Shown here in pieces: positions 13,146 through 25,639 of a stretch of DNA of 64,000 bases; position 1 is the stretch's first letter, and the number at the start of each line of letters is the position of its first letter. The stretch lies in the NCBI RefSeq assembly GCF_006345805.1, contig NC_042997.1, positions 26,660,001-26,724,000 on the forward strand, in the 5' to 3' direction. The position numbers were made by a program, and so were the translations under genes. The stretch is from Octopus sinensis. Its lineage: Eukaryota. The notes beneath the pieces were generated by a model that did no database searches, was not told the DNA's origin, and saw nothing but the letters and a program-made list of their open reading frames with translations.

Positions 13146-13754
13146 AAACAATAATAATAATATTTAAATTAATACGATATCATACGTCATATATTGCCAT
13201 AAAAAAGCATAAACAAATCAAATATATAAAAATAGAAATAAATAACTAAACAAACAAATAAAACGCAATTGGTAACGGCCAAATAGAGAAGTATAACGCA
13301 GTTGAAACAATAATACGAACTATAGCAATGAAATCAATAATGATGATAATAAAATATCGATGTCTTCATTTAGCCACAAGGGCAATCGATAACAATCAAA
13401 ATAACAGAGTTAGAATAGTGAAGAGACGGATGGGTGGTGTTTTTGACACCCTTAATTTCCTTAAGAAAAGCAAGAGATGAATTAATGTTTGCAAGGAGAA
13501 GCATGGACACTGTTACTGTATGTTTCTCCTAAGAAACAATGTTGTTGTCTTTCTATTTTGTAATATATCGATATGAGCAGCAGCCCGCTCGCTTATGTAT
13601 AGTCATATACGTACTCACATTCATACACTTACACAGACACACACACACAAACACACACACACACGCTCTCTCTCTCCCTCTCGTACCCTCTCTTACTCTC
13701 TCTCCCTCTCTTACTCTCTCTCTCTCTCTGTATATATATATATCTTTTTTTTTT

Positions 13755-13900
13755 AGTTGTTTCAGTCATTTGACTGCGGCCATGCTGGAGCACCGCCTTT
13801 AATCGAGCAACTCGACCCCGGAACTTATTCTTTTGTAAGCCCAGTACTTATTCTATCGGTCTCTTTTGCCGAACCACTAAGTGACGGGGACGTAAACACA
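13755..13900 (-). mobile_element. SINE family A, 3' half only
   Basis: Matches the tail half of the other copies. Confidence 0.85.
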
Positions 13901-14275
13901 CACATACACACACATACATGTGTATATGTATTATGGATGTGTGTATGCATCAAGAATGTGTTTGCATCTGTGTTTGTGTGAAGGTTGTGTGTGTATGTAT
14001 ATGTGTGTATACATATGCATATATGTGTGTGCGCGTATGTGCGTGAACGTATTTACATATATACATACGTACACACGTATGTAAATATGTGCATATATAT
14101 ATATATATATATCTATAATATAATATATATATACAAATTTCTGCACATGAACCCGGAGTTTCTACCCTTGGACAGGTCACTCAAACGTGTTTCTGACGTG
14201 AATTGCTACCCAGATTCGGTCGGCTAAACGAATTTCCATGCTGACGATAAACATAGGATAATTCATTCACCAACT

Positions 14276-14301
14276 TAAATATATATATATATATATATAT
14301 A

Positions 14302-14344
<43 letters not shown>

Positions 14345-14472
14345 CTATAATATAATGTATATGTATATAATATGTATATGTATAATATGTATATATATAT
14401 ATATATATATGTATATTATATATATATGTATATGTATATATATATATGCATATCTATATATATGTATATATC

Positions 14473-14504
<32 letters not shown>

Positions 14505-14698
14505 GTATTATAGTATATATGTATATATATATAATATATATTATATGTAGTATATATATGTATATATATATATATATATGTTATATATGTATATATTGTA
14601 TATATATGTATTATATTATATACATATATAGATGTATATATATATAATGTATATATATATAGATTAATATATATGTATATATATACATACATACATAT

Positions 14699-14750
<52 letters not shown>

Positions 14751-14760
14751 CAATGCATAC
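14276..14760. repeat. long degenerate (TA)n satellite
   Basis: Direct. Confidence 0.95.
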
Positions 14761-15460
14761 GCATACACACACATACATATATATATACGCATATATATTA
14801 GAAATGAAAACGTGTGTGTGTAAATAGAAATATATACAAATCGAATATACACTTTTCATAATATGTAATAACATAAATGTTTTTCTTTATAAATACACAT
14901 CCGTATTGATTACATGTGCGTAAACATGAAAAGGTATATAACCACATATTTACTCAAATTTAATGTTTTTCCATATAAATCCCTTTTTTTTTATTTCCAT
15001 ACGTTTTCATATTTACATAAAGCCGATACAAAGAGTGCTAATACAAAGTAGAGTTAAATGAAGGAGAGAGAGAAAGAGAGAGAGAAAAAAAGAGGAAGAG
15101 AGTCAGTGAGACGGGTGGGGGAGAGAAAGTGAAGGAGATAGTGATGAATCCCATGAGTAAAGGAGTAAGAGATTGCGTGCGAGTGAGAAGTGCTATGGTC
15201 GAAAAATCAGATTAAGAAAGAGAAGGCGTGAGTTATAACAGGGGGGGGCCGAATTCCACCCCAACTCCCTACACATTATTTTTATTCCCTTTCATATTGT
15301 CAAACTCTATGATATATGAATGAATGCTGTATAATCTGTGTGAGGTGCAGTCAGGGTTAACATATTTTACTTTTTAAATAATGTAAATATGTAATCGGTT
15401 TTCAATTTAACTAAATCATATATATACATATATATATATATATATAATGTATGTGTGTAC

Positions 15461-15508
<48 letters not shown>

Positions 15509-15742
15509 GTATGCACTTGTTACATACATGCACACATGTATGTAAATATACGGGTCTTTTCCATGTTCGTTTCATGTTCCGCTGAGAGCAATCGTTGGTG
15601 CTTATATAGTAATAAAAATTATTGCACAATAGGACATGAAAACCGATACACAAACACGTGGCAATATATTTGTATAGTGATACACATACACACATACTTA
15701 CCTACGCTCCTAGCTCTCTCTCTCTCCTCTCACACTTCATAT

Positions 15743-15812
<70 letters not shown>

Positions 15813-15834
15813 ATATATATATATATAATATATA

Positions 15835-15900
15835 GTATACTTGTTCCACGTCCCCGCGTTGTTGTGTTTATTATTTGTATACTTTCATGTTTGGATTACT
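15835..15900 (+). mobile_element. short Penelope-like terminus within (TA)n
   Basis: Homologous to the reverse complement of 36200-36270 (tatacttgttccacgtc..gcgttgttgtgttt..ttcatgtttggat). Confidence 0.55.
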
Positions 15901-16847
15901 ATATATATATATATATATATAATATATATAATATATATATATATAAATGTATATATATGAATACATATACTAAAACAAGAGCTGGTTAATAAATTGTATC
16001 TTCAAAAAGCATAACAGGTGCATGCAGGTTCCTTTGAACTTTTTGACTAATATCTTTATGTTTTTATTCTGCTGGTCGTAGCTTTACTGCCACCGTAAGT
16101 CTAATTTGTAATACCTACAATATATATTTCACAGCAGTTCTAAGGTTTGGGTTTTCTATGTATTTTTGTCTCTGTTTTTTTTTGTGTTTTTATCATGTGC
16201 GTGTGTTGTAGGGAAGAAGGCTTATGCAAAATTAGCTCGTACTAAAAATTTTATTGTTGAGTAAATATCGTTTGTTCCAATACCACAGAGATGGTCTTTA
16301 TGCTCATTGTTATCGTAAATGCTGTACTATAAGGACATTACAGATATCGTGAGATCCGGTTTCAATACAATTTTAATCACGTCAAAAAATATATCTAGGA
16401 CACCTTTTAGCACAATCGCCATCATTATCATCACGAAGATCTTCCTCAATATCATCGTCATCACCAGTATTATTTTCGTCATCATTACCATCATTATCAG
16501 TATCCTCATATTCCCGAGCACCATCATCATTGCCTATCATCCTTTCAATATCAACAAGATAAAGTGCACTAATGAGGTTGATGTAACTTACAAATTCCTT
16601 CCACCAAATATCTAGATTTGTGTATATATAAAATATCTGATTTAAGCACGTGGCCCAAAATTTTGAAGGAAATGTCAGATTAGAACGACTCCGGTACTTA
16701 TCTGATACTGTATATTGTCGACATAAGAGGAGCGAAAGGCAAATTGTTCTCTGCTCAATTGGAACTCAGGATGTAAATTTCGAAAGAAATCCTCTATGAT
16801 TAAATATGCTTTCTTAGAATTCCACAAAGGTGGTCTTTATGGCCATA

Positions 16848-17244
16848 GGCGCAGGAGTGGCTGTGTGGTAAGTAGTTTGCTTACCAGCCACATAGTTCCG
16901 GGTTCAGTCCTACTGCATGGCCCCTTGGGCATGTGTCTCCTACTATAGCCTCGGGCTGACCAAAAACTTGTGAGTGGATTTGGTAGACGGAAACTGAAAG
17001 AAGCTTGCCGTATATATTTATATATGTATGTGTGTATTTGTGTGTCTGCGTTTGTCTCCCTAGTATCGCTTGACAACCGATGTTGGTGTGTTTACGTCCC
17101 CGTAAGCTAGCGGTTCGGCAAAAAGGACCGATGTAATAGGTACTAGGTTTATGAATAATAAGTCCTATGGTCGATTTGCTCGACTAAAGGCGGCGCTCCA
17201 GCACGGCCACAGTCAAATGACTGAAACAAGTAAAAGAGTAAAAG
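16848..17244 (+). mobile_element. SINE family A, full length
   Basis: ggcgcaggagtggctgtgtggtaag head through the AAAAGAGT tail. Confidence 0.9.
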
Positions 17245-17394
17245 TGTATGCATCAATATAAATCGTAGACCATATGGACACAACAGATTGTGTGAGATCT
17301 ATTTTCTCGCAGCAAATCAATATTGTTTTAAGTTATAAGATAATCACTTACAATAATAATAATGATGATGATGATGATGATGATAATAATAATC

Positions 17395-18177
17395 CTATTT
17401 TATTTAATCGGTGTCGATAAAATAAAGTACTTCTCAAGTACAGGAGTAGATTTAACCGAGAAACTAGCTTCCCCAAATACCTGGCTTTGTCCGTATATTA
17501 GAAATTAGGCACGAGAGCAGCAGTTTTGGGGAGAAGGCTTAGTATATTACATCGACTCCTGTACTTGACTGGTACGATATTCAATCAATAGGCAAAATTA
17601 ACCTCAGCAAGATTCGAACTCTGATTCTAAAGTCCCAAACGAAATACCAAATTTCTAATGATTCTGCGAATGCATCAACTTTACTAATTCACGTATAATT
17701 GTTTCTGGTTTAAACATAATTCATGCTTTACTTTTGCGGAAAGGAGGTTAGTTGATACTACCACTAGCAATACTAGATTTCGACTTTAATTTATCGATCC
17801 CAAGGAGATGAAATGCAAGGTTGATCTTGGCGGGATTTTAGCTCAAAAGTTAAAGAGGCGGATTAAATAACGCAATACATTTTTTCGACGTGAGCAAGCG
17901 AGCGCGATCTCGCTCGCTTGCTCACCCTAACAATACTGTAAGTAATCGTTTCTACTATAGGCTCATGGCCTAAATTTGGGAGAGGGAGCCAGTCAATTAT
18001 AATACCCCAGTACTTGACTGGTACTTATTTCATCGACCCCGAAGAGATGAAAGGCAAAGTCGACTTCCAACTCAGAACATAAAGGCAGAGGAAATGCTGC
18101 TTAGAATTTTGTCTGACTTGCTAATGATTCTGCAAGCTTCCCTGCCTTCTATATAAAAAATAATAATAATAATAATA

Positions 18178-18219
<42 letters not shown>

Positions 18220-18290
18220 TTATTATAAGATTGGTTCCGAGGTCGAATTTGTCCTTCATCCCTTTCGGGATCGATTAGATAAATACCAAT
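17395..18290. mobile_element. cluster of old family R SINE fragments
   Basis: Repeated core motifs atcgacccc..aaggcaaagtcgac..aactcag and tails ctactataggc / caaatttgg. Confidence 0.65.
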
Positions 18291-18358
18291 TAAGCCTCCG
18301 CCATCAAAGTTTCAGGCTTCGCATCAATAGTAGAACGGATTGGTAAAAAAAAAAAAAA

Positions 18359-18675
18359 GCTTGCTCCCAAACACATGGTTTCTGGTTCAGTCTCTCTGCG
18401 TGGCACCTTGGGCAAGTGTCTTCTACTATAGGCTCGGTCCGACCAAAGCCTTGTGAGTGGATTTGGTAGACGGAAACTGAAAGAAGCTCGCCGTATATCT
18501 ATGTTTGTGTGTCTGTGTTTGTCCCTCTCACCGAGTTTGACAAAAGAGGCTGATAGAATAAGCTGTAGGCCTGTAAAGAATAAGTACTGGGGGCGATTAG
18601 TTCGACTAAAGGTTGTGCTCCAGCAAAGCCGCATGACTGAAACAAGTAAAAGATTAATGGGAAAAGAATAAAAAG
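18359..18675 (+). mobile_element. SINE family A, 5'-truncated and diverged
   Basis: Homologous to the other A copies. Confidence 0.85.
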
Positions 18676-18941
18676 AAAGAATATTTAGTGGCATTTTCCC
18701 CCGGTTTTTCATTGAGAGTCATCAATCAACTTCTTTGCAATCAATGGAGCCTGTGTGGGAGTGTTTTTTTTTTCTTTTTTGTTTTCTTATGTTTTCCAAT
18801 AAACTCTGCTGAGGTATTCTTATTTTGCATTTTCTTTTTATTCTGAATTTTTTTTCAAATGTAAAGATAATTTATGGGGAAATTATTATCGTATGCCGAA
18901 GAGCGTTTCGGGAGTTGTACTGTACGACTCACAGAGTTTAC

Positions 18942-19440
18942 TATTGGGTTGTTCGGAAAGTTCGTGCCGGTTTTTAAAGGAATGAAAAGGGTCAATAAAT
19001 ATTTGCTATTACCTTTTTAATCAACCAAATATGAAGCATTTTGTTGCACAATGCGTTTCCATCTTTCCTTTACCTTGAAAATACCCTCTTCCCAGAATTG
19101 AGGTGATTTCATGGCAAAGAATTCACCAAGGTATCTTTTTACGTCATCCAAGGAATTGAAATTTTTACCATTAAGACTATTCTGCAGATACCTGAATAAG
19201 TAGAAATCCGAAGAAGCAATATCTGGTGAATATGGAGGGTGGGGTAACACATCCCAGCCAAGCTGCAGCATTTTTTGTCTGGTTCCCAAAGCATCAAGTT
19301 CCGAAAATGAACTTTCTTCTCTTCCATTTTAAAGGGTTACAGAATTAACACAGATATTAGGAACATAACCTTCTTCCACGAAAAGATAGTTTAAACTGTG
19401 CTCTAAATGGAGATGTAGCCAGATCCTATTTTATGGACTC
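18942..19440 (-). mobile_element. internally deleted mariner element
   Basis: TA + TIR tattgggttgttcggaaagttcgtgccgg at 18942; C-terminal WDVLPHPPYSPDIASSDFYLFRYLQNSL (19017-19289); N-terminal MEEKKVHFRNLMLWE starting at 19327. Confidence 0.9.
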
Positions 19441-19521
19441 AAACATGTTCTAAGATAAGTCGCACACGCACGCACACACACACACACATGCATACACACA
19501 CACAGACACACACACATATAT

Positions 19522-19690
19522 ATAGCGAGAATTCCCCAAAATGCAAAAGACGAAGACAGGTGGTGTAGACAACAAATAGATGTATTAGTATAACGAGATG
19601 TGAAAAAGTCTTTAACGTTTTGAACCTACGCTCTTCTACAGAAAGAAACACAGAAAGAAACAAGGAGAGAATGTGTAGTGGTTAGCGATC
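19522..19690 (-). mobile_element. Penelope-like terminus with degenerate hammerhead motif
   Basis: Reverse-complement homolog of 53175-53360. Confidence 0.6.
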
Positions 19691-19831
19691 TATCATGGCA
19701 CAGCGCCCTCCCTTCGAAAAGAATGAAGGGCGCTGCAGGTTATCACCCAGAGCTCCAAGCCACTATTTCACATCGAGCATTCATCTCTCTAACAACTTCT
19801 CTCCCTTCTCCTCCTCATCTCAATCTATCTT

Positions 19832-19908
<77 letters not shown>

Positions 19909-20170
19909 ATCTATCTATCTTTCTAGTTAATTATTCAGTACTGTTATCATTTCTCCATCAAACATATGCAACTATCAAAAACATACTGTGCCACAGTATT
20001 TTATTTGTGTTAGTGATTGTATAAACCAAGCAGTCTCGATCCGACGACGGCGACGACTATAGATGGCTTTTTTGTTATTTTTGTTTTATTGATTGCTTAA
20101 TCTCCACTCTGTTATCGCAGAAGTTACCCAAGCTTGAAAGTGCAAATGTGTAAGCAATGAATACTAAGCA

Positions 20171-20219
<49 letters not shown>

Positions 20220-20874
20220 TATGTATACATGTATATGTGTGTGTATGTGTGTTTTGTTTGGCGATATTTCTCATTCTCTGAATGCTATTTTGATAGGTAT
20301 TGGACAGTCGACAGGCATATATATTGGAAAACCAACAGACGACACGAATAACGAAATCCAGTACAAATACATTTGCGTACATAAACTCATAACAGTTCAG
20401 TTCCTTTCAGATACTTAGTCGTACAAATCATTGAAATGCTGGTTCATTGTTTTCACTAAAAATGTCCTGTTTTCACTCAATAACCTATGAGGTTAAAATT
20501 GGGTCAAATATATTTCCAAATTATGTAATTTGAATAGGATGGGAAACTGATAAATAAGATGACACCCTAATTATTTATGTATTTATTTATTTATTTATTT
20601 AGTTGGCTAGTTTTCGTTATAGTTATTGTGTGTCCCAGTTTGTCTAACTGTATAAATGGCTGTCACCCTTTGGAAAGACATTCAGCAATGATGTGAGTTG
20701 AGCAGCTGGTTAACATTGAACTGTTTCGTCGATGCCTTATAGCAAACCGTTTGCCATTCTGTGGTAATATTTTGCGTAGATATTATTTCTTCACTGTCTA
20801 AATATTTATGTACTCTTTTACTTACTTTCTTGCCTATCCACTAACCTCCGCTGCAAATTTCTCTCTATCTTTCG

Positions 20875-20910
<36 letters not shown>

Positions 20911-21250
20911 CACTCTCTCACTCTCTATCTCTCTCCCTCCCCTTATTTCTTTCACCCTAGTTCGACTCTGAATCTATCTGTCGTACTATCTATCCGTATA
21001 TACATATAGTACAAACACACAGACATTCTCTCCTCTTCCTTTCTTACACTTTCTCTCGGGTGATATAGACAGAGAGAGAGAGAGACAGACAGGAAGAAGT
21101 GCAACAATGGAGTCTTGTTCCCGATACAGGGTTGCAACTGGGAAAGAATGATGAAAGGCAAATTAATGAGTTCGGCGGAATTGAAGATCGAAACGTGGAG
21201 AGCCAGGAAAATTACTCCAATCTACCTGACGTTGCACGCACACGCACAGA

Positions 21251-21296
<46 letters not shown>

Positions 21297-21391
21297 CATA
21301 TATACATATATATAGATATACAAACATATATTTACATAAATATATATATATATATACATATATACATATATGTATATATATATACATATAT

Positions 21392-21426
<35 letters not shown>

Positions 21427-21474
21427 CATAATATATATATGTATAGATATATATATATATACATATGTATATAT

Positions 21475-21509
<35 letters not shown>

Positions 21510-22249
21510 CATACACATATATATAGATACATATATATATATATATATATATATATGAGTGTGTGTGAATGTGCGCGTGTATAAGTGTGTCTTTGTGATT
21601 GTTTGTGAGTCCTTCCCACTTGACAACCGGTCTTAGTTTGCTTACGTCCTCATAACTTGGCAAGACAGTCCAACTGAATAAGTACTAACCTTAAAAATAT
21701 ATATATATATATAAATATTGAGGTTGATTTATTCTTCCAAAATGTCTGGAATGGATGCCCCAGCATGACCGCAGTTCAACGTATGAAACAAATAAAAGAT
21801 AAAAGAAATGATCAACGCCAAACAGGTGTGAATATGTGTGTGTCTCCATTCAAGCTTATAGATTAATCAGGTAGATATTACAATGGATAAATTGCTAATG
21901 GGTTATCGCTTTTCCTGGCAGAAATATTTATTGTACATCGCATTCATTGTCACACCGGCTGTCAAGAATCGGTACAAGTTCATTTGATTATGCGCCATCT
22001 GAAGCTAGTTCCGACTAATCGTTTTTGGACAGTCATGAAATAGGAAGCAGATACTCATTGTTGCTGCTGTTGTTGCTTCTTTCATCTCATTATCATCGTC
22101 GTAGTAGTTTTCAAATATTACACGCTACACAGAAGATGGCTAACCAGCGGTATCGTTATATTTCTGTATGGTACACAATCTTCTGATGAACTATTTTTTC
22201 AAACAGGTGTGAAAAACAATTAGAACCGCGTGTCTTTCTCTGAGTGCCT

Positions 22250-22400
22250 AACGATTGTGTCGACCAAATCTACTATCAAGACATGGGCCTGCCCGACGCT
22301 ATAGTAGAAGACAGTTGTCAAATGTGCCCTGCAGTGGAACTGAACCCGGGACCAAATTGGTTAGGAAGCAAACTTCTTACCACACAGCAACAACTGCGCC
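22250..22400 (-). mobile_element. SINE family A, 5' half, diverged
   Basis: ctatagtagaagac..gcagtggaactgaacccgg..cttaccacacagc. Confidence 0.75.
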
Positions 22401-22440
22401 AATGTTAGCTTTATTTTTTTTCTTTTCGTAAGAGTTGGTT

Positions 22441-22680
22441 GTGTGAAAGCGCGTGGCTTAGTGGTTAGGTTGATGGTAAGATTGTGGTTTAGATTCCTGG
22501 ACCGGGCGACGTGTTGTGTTCTTGAGCAAAACACATCATTTCACGTTGCTCCAGTCCACTCAGCTGGCAAAAATGAGTAACGCTGCCTTTCGACTGGCGT
22601 CCCGTCCAGTTGGGGAACACATATACCATTGAAACCGGGAAACCGGACCTATGAGCCTGGCTAGGCTTTAAAAAGGGCGC
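22441..22680 (+). mobile_element. tRNA-derived SINE family C
   Basis: A-box-like gtggcttagtggtta; core ttgagcaaaacac..tttcacgttgctccagtccactcagctg; tail ggcgtcccgtccag..gaaaccgggaaaccgg. Confidence 0.8.
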
Positions 22681-22902
22681 ATTTATTTTATTTCAAGAGT
22701 TAGTTGTATAGTTAGAATGAAGTTTGGCTCTCAGTATCTAATTAGGTGGCACGTTGTTCAATTGTCTTTAAGAAAACAATTGTTTCTAAACGAGCCTCTG
22801 CTAGCGCAATGAAATCAAGTGATTGGATTTACGATCTCCCGTTGATTTTACACGTTTTAAACATGTTCTGAACACTTCATTTTTGAAAAGAGCTCCACTT
22901 AC

Positions 22903-23061
22903 CAAATGATACACAATAGGAATAATGAGAACAGACAGCGGAGACATCAGGTTGAAATACACCTGTAGCTATTTTAGCTGAGTAGTAATTGCTGCTAAAA
23001 ACTGTGTTGAGACAGATGCTTGGTGAAAATACATCGCAAAGAGGTATGTTGCAGTACAAGA
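22903..23061 (-). CDS. candidate 159-nt Cys-rich internal exon (xLYCNIPLCDVFSPSICLNTVFSSNYYSAKIATGVFQPDVSAVCSHYSYCVSF), phase 1-1
   Basis: Acceptor cactctcgtctagccatctacAG and donor G|GTAAGT. The open frame begins 4 codons upstream of the acceptor and closes 8 codons after the donor. Five Cys; family not recognised. Confidence 0.45.
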
Positions 23062-23544
23062 CTGTAGATGGCTAGACGAGAGTGAATGTTTACCAATGAA
23101 ACCGTTGTTCAATATCTTATAGAATATATCACCTAGATTTACTGCTTCGTCGATAATTGATAGGATACACGAATACATCGTATTCCAAGAATCATTCACA
23201 TGTTAAATACATTATATATATATACATGCGTGTATATATAATGTATGTACGTGTGTGTGTCTGTGTGTCTATGTGTGTTTGATTAAACATATGCATACAT
23301 ATATAAGTCGAGGTGTATATAAATGGGTGCTGTTTTTAACGAAAAACAAACATATTGCTTATTTACGTTCTAAATACAATAACAGCCGCTAGCATTAAAA
23401 TAAATCAATCTAGCTAGAAGAAGTGATGGCTACCGGGAAACATAATAGATATACACACGATTTTACTCGCATATAATCGTATGTAAGCTTTATATGTTCA
23501 CGCATGTGCAACGTCGCCATACATGCACAAATTCAGATGAATGT

Positions 23545-24330
23545 AAGATAAAGAGGAAGCAGACAAGGAAGCCTGAGTTAGAGAAAACATAAAATCACAA
23601 CCTAAAGCCTTCTTTAAGTTTGTCAAAAAACTACCGCCGCGCGCTGCAAGGTAGGAAAGGAAGCACTCCGTCGGTTACGACGACGAGGGTTCCGGTTGAT
23701 CCGAATCAACGGAACAGCCTGCTCGTGAAATTAACGTGTAAGTGGCTGAGCAGTCCACAGACACGTGCACCCTTAACGTAGTTCTCGAGGATATTCAGCG
23801 TGATACAGAGAGTGACAAGGCCGGCCCTTTGAAATACAGGTACAACAGAAACAGGAATTAAGAGTGAGAGAAATTTATGGTGAAAGAGTACAGCAGGGAT
23901 CACCACCATCCCCTGCCGGAGCCTCGTGGAGCTTTAGGTGTTTTCGCTCAATAAACACTCACAACGCCCGGTCTGGGAATCGAAACCGCGATCCTATGAC
24001 CGCGAGTCCGCTTCCCTAACCACTGGGCCATTGCGCCTCCACGCAAGGTAGGAAGACTCTTTCTATACGATGGTTCGCTCGTGGGAAACCCATTCATGAT
24101 AAGTGGTATTTTGAATTACCAATTCAAAAGAGCTTCTAGCCCACTCTTACGGCACATACAAGTACGCAAGTCTATAGAGTTCTTTACCACTATAAATGTA
24201 CAAAAAGGAGGCAGTGACAATTGATTACATTGACATCAAAGAAGTAATACTGGCCATAGATGTGGTAGACACAAACTAGTTGCTGGCTCTGACAGATTCT
24301 CAGCAAACTTCCTCAAATCATGTAATACGT
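23545..24330 (+). mobile_element. CR1-like LINE remnant (endonuclease-RT linker), interrupted by a family B SINE
   Basis: Reads ENIKSQPKAFFKFVKKT..RCKVG, then IDYIDIKEVILAID..AGSDRFSANFLKSC (compare NPKAFxxY and AGPDGFPAxxLKxC). Confidence 0.7.
23658..24042 (-). mobile_element. tRNA-derived SINE family B (~390 bp, possibly OR1-type)
   Basis: Full length; TSD gcaaggtaggaa at 23646-23657 and 24043-24054. Confidence 0.92.
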
Positions 24331-24403
24331 ATATATAAACATGTGTAGGCATGCAACGCAAATACATGCAAGCATGTCATCCACACGTATGCATTCAAGC
24401 ATA

Positions 24404-24476
<73 letters not shown>

Positions 24477-24477
24477 C

Positions 24478-25107
24478 AAAATAAGCAACATGATATCAAG
24501 TAGTAATGTAGTACGACAGTTTCAAGTGATTCCATTTAATTGAACAATGCAATCATTACATCATTTTAAATACAGCGCTGTCTTCAGCTACACTTAAAAT
24601 AAATACATATGAAACTTCAACAGGTAGGATACATTCATATTATTTTTCTTAAATGTTTTAACAGAGCACGGAGATGGAAGAAATGTATGTTCTCGCTATT
24701 GTAGGAAGAGTGGCTAAGAAAAAACAAACTACAATTTCTTAGAATAGCATGGATCATAGGGTTGTAATTCATTTCCATTTTATTTTTATCTTTATCATTT
24801 ACTAAGATCTGAGACTAGAAGACAGTGTATATTTAGAATTACCCTCCATGCTATTTTAAGAAATTGTAGTCTGTTTTTTCTTAGCCCCTTTTGCTACAAT
24901 AGTGATAACAGGAATTTCATCCATCTGTTAAAATATTTAAGAAAGAATATATTAATATATCCTACCTGCTGAAGTTCCATATATATATTTTGCGCTGCTG
25001 AAGACAACGCCGTATTTAAATTGATATAATGATTGCATTGTTCAATTAAGTGGAGCCGCTTGAAGCAGTCGTAGTTCATTACTACTTGATATCCTGTTGC
25101 TTACTTT
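24478..25107. repeat. diverged inverted repeat (arms 24478-24666 and 24922-25107)
   Basis: Arms align in reverse complement at roughly 80-85% identity (eye estimate). Confidence 0.85.
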
Positions 25108-25419
25108 AATTTTATTCACCTTTCTTCGAGCTGTGTGGATAATACCAAACTGACTTAGTGCTTCAACTTAAGTGCCTAATTCAACTGAATCTTAATGATA
25201 TATGTATATATATATACAGAGAGAGCGAGAGAGAGGATGCGATGGGAAATTGTCACCATTTTTAATTTTTAGTTCTGCGTATGGGCATAGCTTCGTTTTG
25301 ATTTTGTCGACTACACAGTACAGTAAAGTCAGTTGGGCACTATCTGGGAGAATAATAGCACCATAACACAATTCGCTCAGCCTGAAATTTGGTAGCGCTA
25401 CCTTGGGTAAAGGGGGTGA

Positions 25420-25590
25420 CTTCTGGAAGACCCTATGTCTGGCAACAGGACTCTGCTCCATGCCACACAAGCAAGGGAATCCAGTCATGGCTATCATAAA
25501 ATATTTGCGACCACATCACCCCTAACATCTGGCTACCTAACTCCTTAGGCGGCAACCACCTTGATTTTTACGCTTGGGGTGTAGTTGAGC
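25420..25590 (+). mobile_element. Tc1/mariner (maT/DD37D-like) transposase fragment
   Basis: GRPYVWQQDSAPCHTSKGIQSWLS*NICDHITPNIWLPNS..LDFYAWGVVE (QQDSAPCH and WPPNSPDxNPLDY motifs). Confidence 0.8.
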
Positions 25591-25639
25591 ATGCTAGGGC
25601 ACCACCGTTTTGCTGCACTGTTATTAGTGAGAGCCTCCG

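Noticed and set aside
25192-25497. 101-aa minus-strand ORF
   Set aside because: It is largely antisense to the maT-like transposase fragment and ends in microsatellite.
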